From: Chiloscyllium plagiosum | Taxonomy: Eukaryota | Assembly: GCF_004010195.1 (NCBI RefSeq) | Contig: NC_057750.1 | Span: 20,124,783 to 20,188,782 of the forward strand | Direction: 5' to 3' | Length of the DNA: 64,000 bases | Shown: positions 60,150-64,000 of the stretch, in pieces | How the letters are laid out: each line of letters starts with the position of its first letter | Position numbering within the stretch: position 1 is the first letter of the stretch | Position numbers and translations under genes: made by a program | Notes under the pieces: model-generated | What the model was told of the DNA's origin: nothing | The model's input: the letters and a program-made list of their open reading frames with translations, nothing else | The model's database searches: none

Positions 60150-61740
60150 GGTTCCAGTTGTATCAGCCTCCACCATGCCCTCTGGCAGCTCGCCCCATAC
60201 ATGCACCCTCCATATTGAGGCCTTTTAAATCTTTCCTTTCTTACTTCGAAAGTATGTCCTCCAGCTTTGGACTCTCCTACCCTGTGAAAAAGACCTTGGC
60301 TATTCACCCTATCTACACCCCTCAATTTTATAAACCGCTATAAGTTCACTCCTTAGCCTCGATGCCCCAGGGAAAACAGACCCAGCCTCTTGCTCAAATC
60401 TTCCAAACCCAGAAATATCCTTGGAAATTTTTTCTGCACTCTTTCAAGTTTAAGATCTTTCCTACAGCAGGGAGACCAGGATTGAACGCAGTATTCCAAA
60501 CCTGGCCAAAACAATACTCTGTACAGCCATAACATGACATGCCAACTCCTATACTCAATGCACTGGCCAATAAAAGCAAGCATGCTAAACACTGTCTTCA
60601 CTGATCTGTGCACCTGCAAATCCATTTTCCAGGAACTATGAACCTGCACCCCAAGCTCTCTTTGTTCAGCAACATTCCTTAGGACCCTACCATTAAGTAA
60701 ACAAATCCTGCATGATTTTACTTTATCAAAATGCGACACCTGACATTTATTTAAATTAAACTTCATCTGCCACTCCTCAGCTCATTGGCCCACCTGATCA
60801 AGGTCCCATTGTACTCCGAGATAGCCTTCTGCACGTTCACTACTCACTAATTTTGGTGTCATCTGCAAACTTACTAACCATACCTTCTATACTCACATTC
60901 AAATCATTTATATAAATGACAAAAAGTACCAATCCTTGCTACACACTGCTGGTCACAGGCCTCCAGTCTGAAAAACAGCTGTCCGCCACCACCCTCTGTC
61001 TCCTATCTTCCCCACCCCCACCCTCCTCTAGCTTATCTCTCCACGCTTCAGGTTCTCTGCCTTTATTCCTGATGAAGGGCATTTGCCCGAAACGTCGATT
61101 TCGCTGCTCCTTGGATGCTGCCTGAACTGCTGTGCTCTTCCAGCACCACTAATCCAGAACCAATTTTGTATCCAAATGACTAGCTCTCCCTGGATTCCAT
61201 ATTATCTAACCTAATAGTAATTCATTAATGAGGTAAGTAGACAAGTCCTTCTGTGGCCGTAAATGCAACTCCAGGATGGTATGTTGCTCCTCAAGTGTCA
61301 GTGTTAAGGATCCTAAGGTAGGCTGAAGGGTATTATGAATGGGGTGGTTGAACAGCCAGAGACTGTGGTCCATGTTGGGATCAATAACATAGGAAGAGAA
61401 ACAAAGTCCTCCAAGTGGACTTAGGGAGTTATGTAGAAAATTGAAAACCAGAATTTCAAAGCAGTAATCTCCAGACAAATCCTTTTGCGAAGCTGTACTG
61501 AGTATAAGAATAGAAGGATAGAACCGATTAATGTGCAGCTGAAGAGATAGGATGAAGGGTTTGAGATTTCTGAGGCATTGGGACAATATCTGGGGATGTT
61601 GTATCTGTATAAGTTGAACAAGTCATCAAAATATCAAATGGATTACTCAGGTGGTCAGAGCAATGGCAAATGGAATTCAATCTGGACAAGTGTGAAGTAA
61701 TGCACATGGGGAGACTAACCGGAAAAGGGATTAAACAAGA
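60150..61740. mobile_element. CR1 fragments (- at 60150-61200, + at 61210-61740) with a short Penelope-like terminal repeat insertion (about 61000-61160)
   Basis: MKFNLNKCQVSHF and LEYCVQSWSP motifs; cctgatgaagggcatttgcccgaaacgtc motif. Confidence 0.75.
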
Positions 61741-64000
61741 AATGGCAAAAAATATATTGTACACATAGAGACTTTGACTCTAGCAGACAGCAACACACTG
61801 TGCACAGTGACACACCCATTAGGGAAGGAATCTTTATGAATTTGTCCCAACAGTGATTTGCCAACTCCACCAATTTTGGGGTGGAAGGAGCTGCTGATAT
61901 TTTTGGGAACCTTGTGTGCACCTGCTTTACAAATCTTTCTTCCCTAATGATTAAAAACCTGACTCAAATTTAAATCCTCCAGACATTTCAACATACCTCC
62001 CAATCTGCCAATGCTTCTGCAAGATTGAAAGTTAACCCCACAAACAGAATGGAGATAAGAAATTCACTAGACAAGTTAACAAGCCACAGTCATGCCTGAA
62101 AATCCTGTGACTCAGAAACAACTCATCCACTGATTATTCGAACAAACAGTGTAGGATATTAAATATGTTGCAAGTCTTTGGTGAAGCAACTGATGATAGC
62201 AATAAACTACCCAAATGTTCAGAATATGGAAACTCATCCAGCTGTTCAAGACAATTACTCACTACCACCCTCTCCACTACAACTAGGGATGGGAAATCAA
62301 TGTTCGCCCCATCAGCAATACCTATATCCCATGAATAGAGAAAGAAAACTGTCATTGCATAGAGATGTATAATGCAGAAGTATGCCATTACATCCAACAG
62401 GTCTACAGTAATGTTTACATTCTGCACAAACCTCCGACCTCCTCCCATTCTCCTAACCACATAAAACAAGAGTTACCTCCCCCAGATTTTAGTTCACAAG
62501 TTGCCAAAAGGAAAATAAGTTAGATTAAAGAAAGTGAAAGGCAGAACTGAAAGGTTTCACTTTGTTCATGTAATCTTGCTCAGATTGCACTGAGTTCTGG
62601 GTACAGTGACTCAAAGTCATAATGGGTTTTAAGAGGTTTGGGTGCATCACAATCACCACAAAAATACCAGAACTACAATGGATCCCATCCAATATCTTTC
62701 ATGCATTTCATCACTAAAATCATGCATCAGAAGCTACAAATCAGAGAAAATCATCTGCAATCCACTTGGTAGGACAATCATTCTCTTGCTCTAATACAAA
62801 AAGAAGGTTATGTGAAGTATCCAGCTAAAGCTAGCCTGACATTCCCAGATTATGAAAGACAGATTTGCCACATTGCCAGAGAGTCACCTGCACTCTCAAA
62901 ACGGTAGGAAGGTGGTGTTCGGATTTGGGAAGCACTATTCTGGTGAGACATCAAAGCCAGATCTCAGTCAGCCCTTTCAAATGGATATAACAGAATACAC
63001 AACTACTTCAGCAAAGAAAGCAAAAGGTCGCTCTGTTGTTCTGCAGCCAATTATTACACCTTTGCAAATATCACTGCTTACAAACTCTGGTTGTTACATT
63101 GATCTTTGTGGTGTTCCTGTGTGTAAATCAGCTGCCATCTGAATCATTTGCAGCAATCTTCAACCAGTAGTGCCGAATGTATGATTCATCTCTGCCCCCT
63201 CTGGTGGTCCCCAGCATCACAGATGCCAGTCTTCAGGCAATTTGAAATCAAGAAACGGGTTGGAAGGCAGCAGATTCTGCAAAGGCTACAAGCCCTAACA
63301 ATATAACAACAACAGTACTGAAAACTATGTTCTAGAGCTTGCATTTTCCTAGCTAAGCTGTACCAGTACAGTTACAACACTGGCGTCCAACCAGCAATGT
63401 GAAAATTTGCTCGGGTATATTCTTTACTCAAAAAGCAGGACAAATCCAACCCAGCAAATTACCATCCCATCCTACCCTTGGTCACCAGTAAACTGATGGA
63501 AGGTGTTATCCAACGTGCTATTCAGCAGCACTTGCTCAGCAAAAACTTGCTCAGTGATGCCTAATTTGAGTCACCCAGCTCCTGACCTATTTACAAGCCT
63601 TGGTTCAAACATGGACAAAAGAACTGAATTCAAGGGGAGGTGAGTGGGACAGTCCTTGACATCAAGACTGCATTCAACCAAGTATGGCATCAAGGAGCCC
63701 CCGAAACACTAAAATTAATAGAAATCAGCAGGCAAACACTACTGGTTGGTGTTACAACTGGCAAATAGGAAGATATCTGTGGTTGTTGGAGGTTAGTCAT
63801 TTCAGCTCCAGGACATCTCTACAGGATTTCCCTCACAGTAGGGTCCTATGTCTTACCATCTTTAGCTGATTCACTAATGACTTTCCTTCCATTAATAACA
63901 GAAGTGGGGTGTTTGCTGATTTTCAGTACCATTTGCAACTCTGCAGATACTGAAGGAGTCTATGCTCGAATGTAACACGATCTGCACAATATCCCGCCTT

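Noticed and set aside
48654..64000. First coding exon or promoter of ZDHHC5
   Set aside because: No sequence encoding the expected N-terminus (KPSKYVPVS-like) and no CpG island seen; probably beyond the window end.

Overview
Vertebrate (cartilaginous fish; repeat content suggests a shark, inferred) genomic DNA with five N-gaps. Two multi-exon genes lie on the minus strand. (1) At 1906-15444 is a shark-type NLR immune receptor: a low-complexity N-terminal exon running into a 500-N gap, a two-exon death-fold/CARD-like domain, a linker, a 1747-bp NACHT exon and 87/171/171-bp LRR exons. The gene continues past the window start. (2) At 22870-48653 are ten coding exons of the palmitoyltransferase ZDHHC5; its first coding exon was not found in the window. 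All exons splice in frame, and one ZDHHC5 intron has U12-type signals. The rest is dense with CR1-type LINE fragments, HE1/V-SINE-like SINEs, Penelope-like elements and their short hammerhead-motif-bearing derivatives, plus one R2-like RT relic. Highlights: a foldback carrying two hammerhead motifs next to an NLR splice acceptor, SINE- and LINE-derived minisatellites confined to the NLR segment, and apparent loss of the YDNL endocytosis motif in ZDHHC5. Repeat boundaries are approximate; exon boundaries were read from GT/AG sites.
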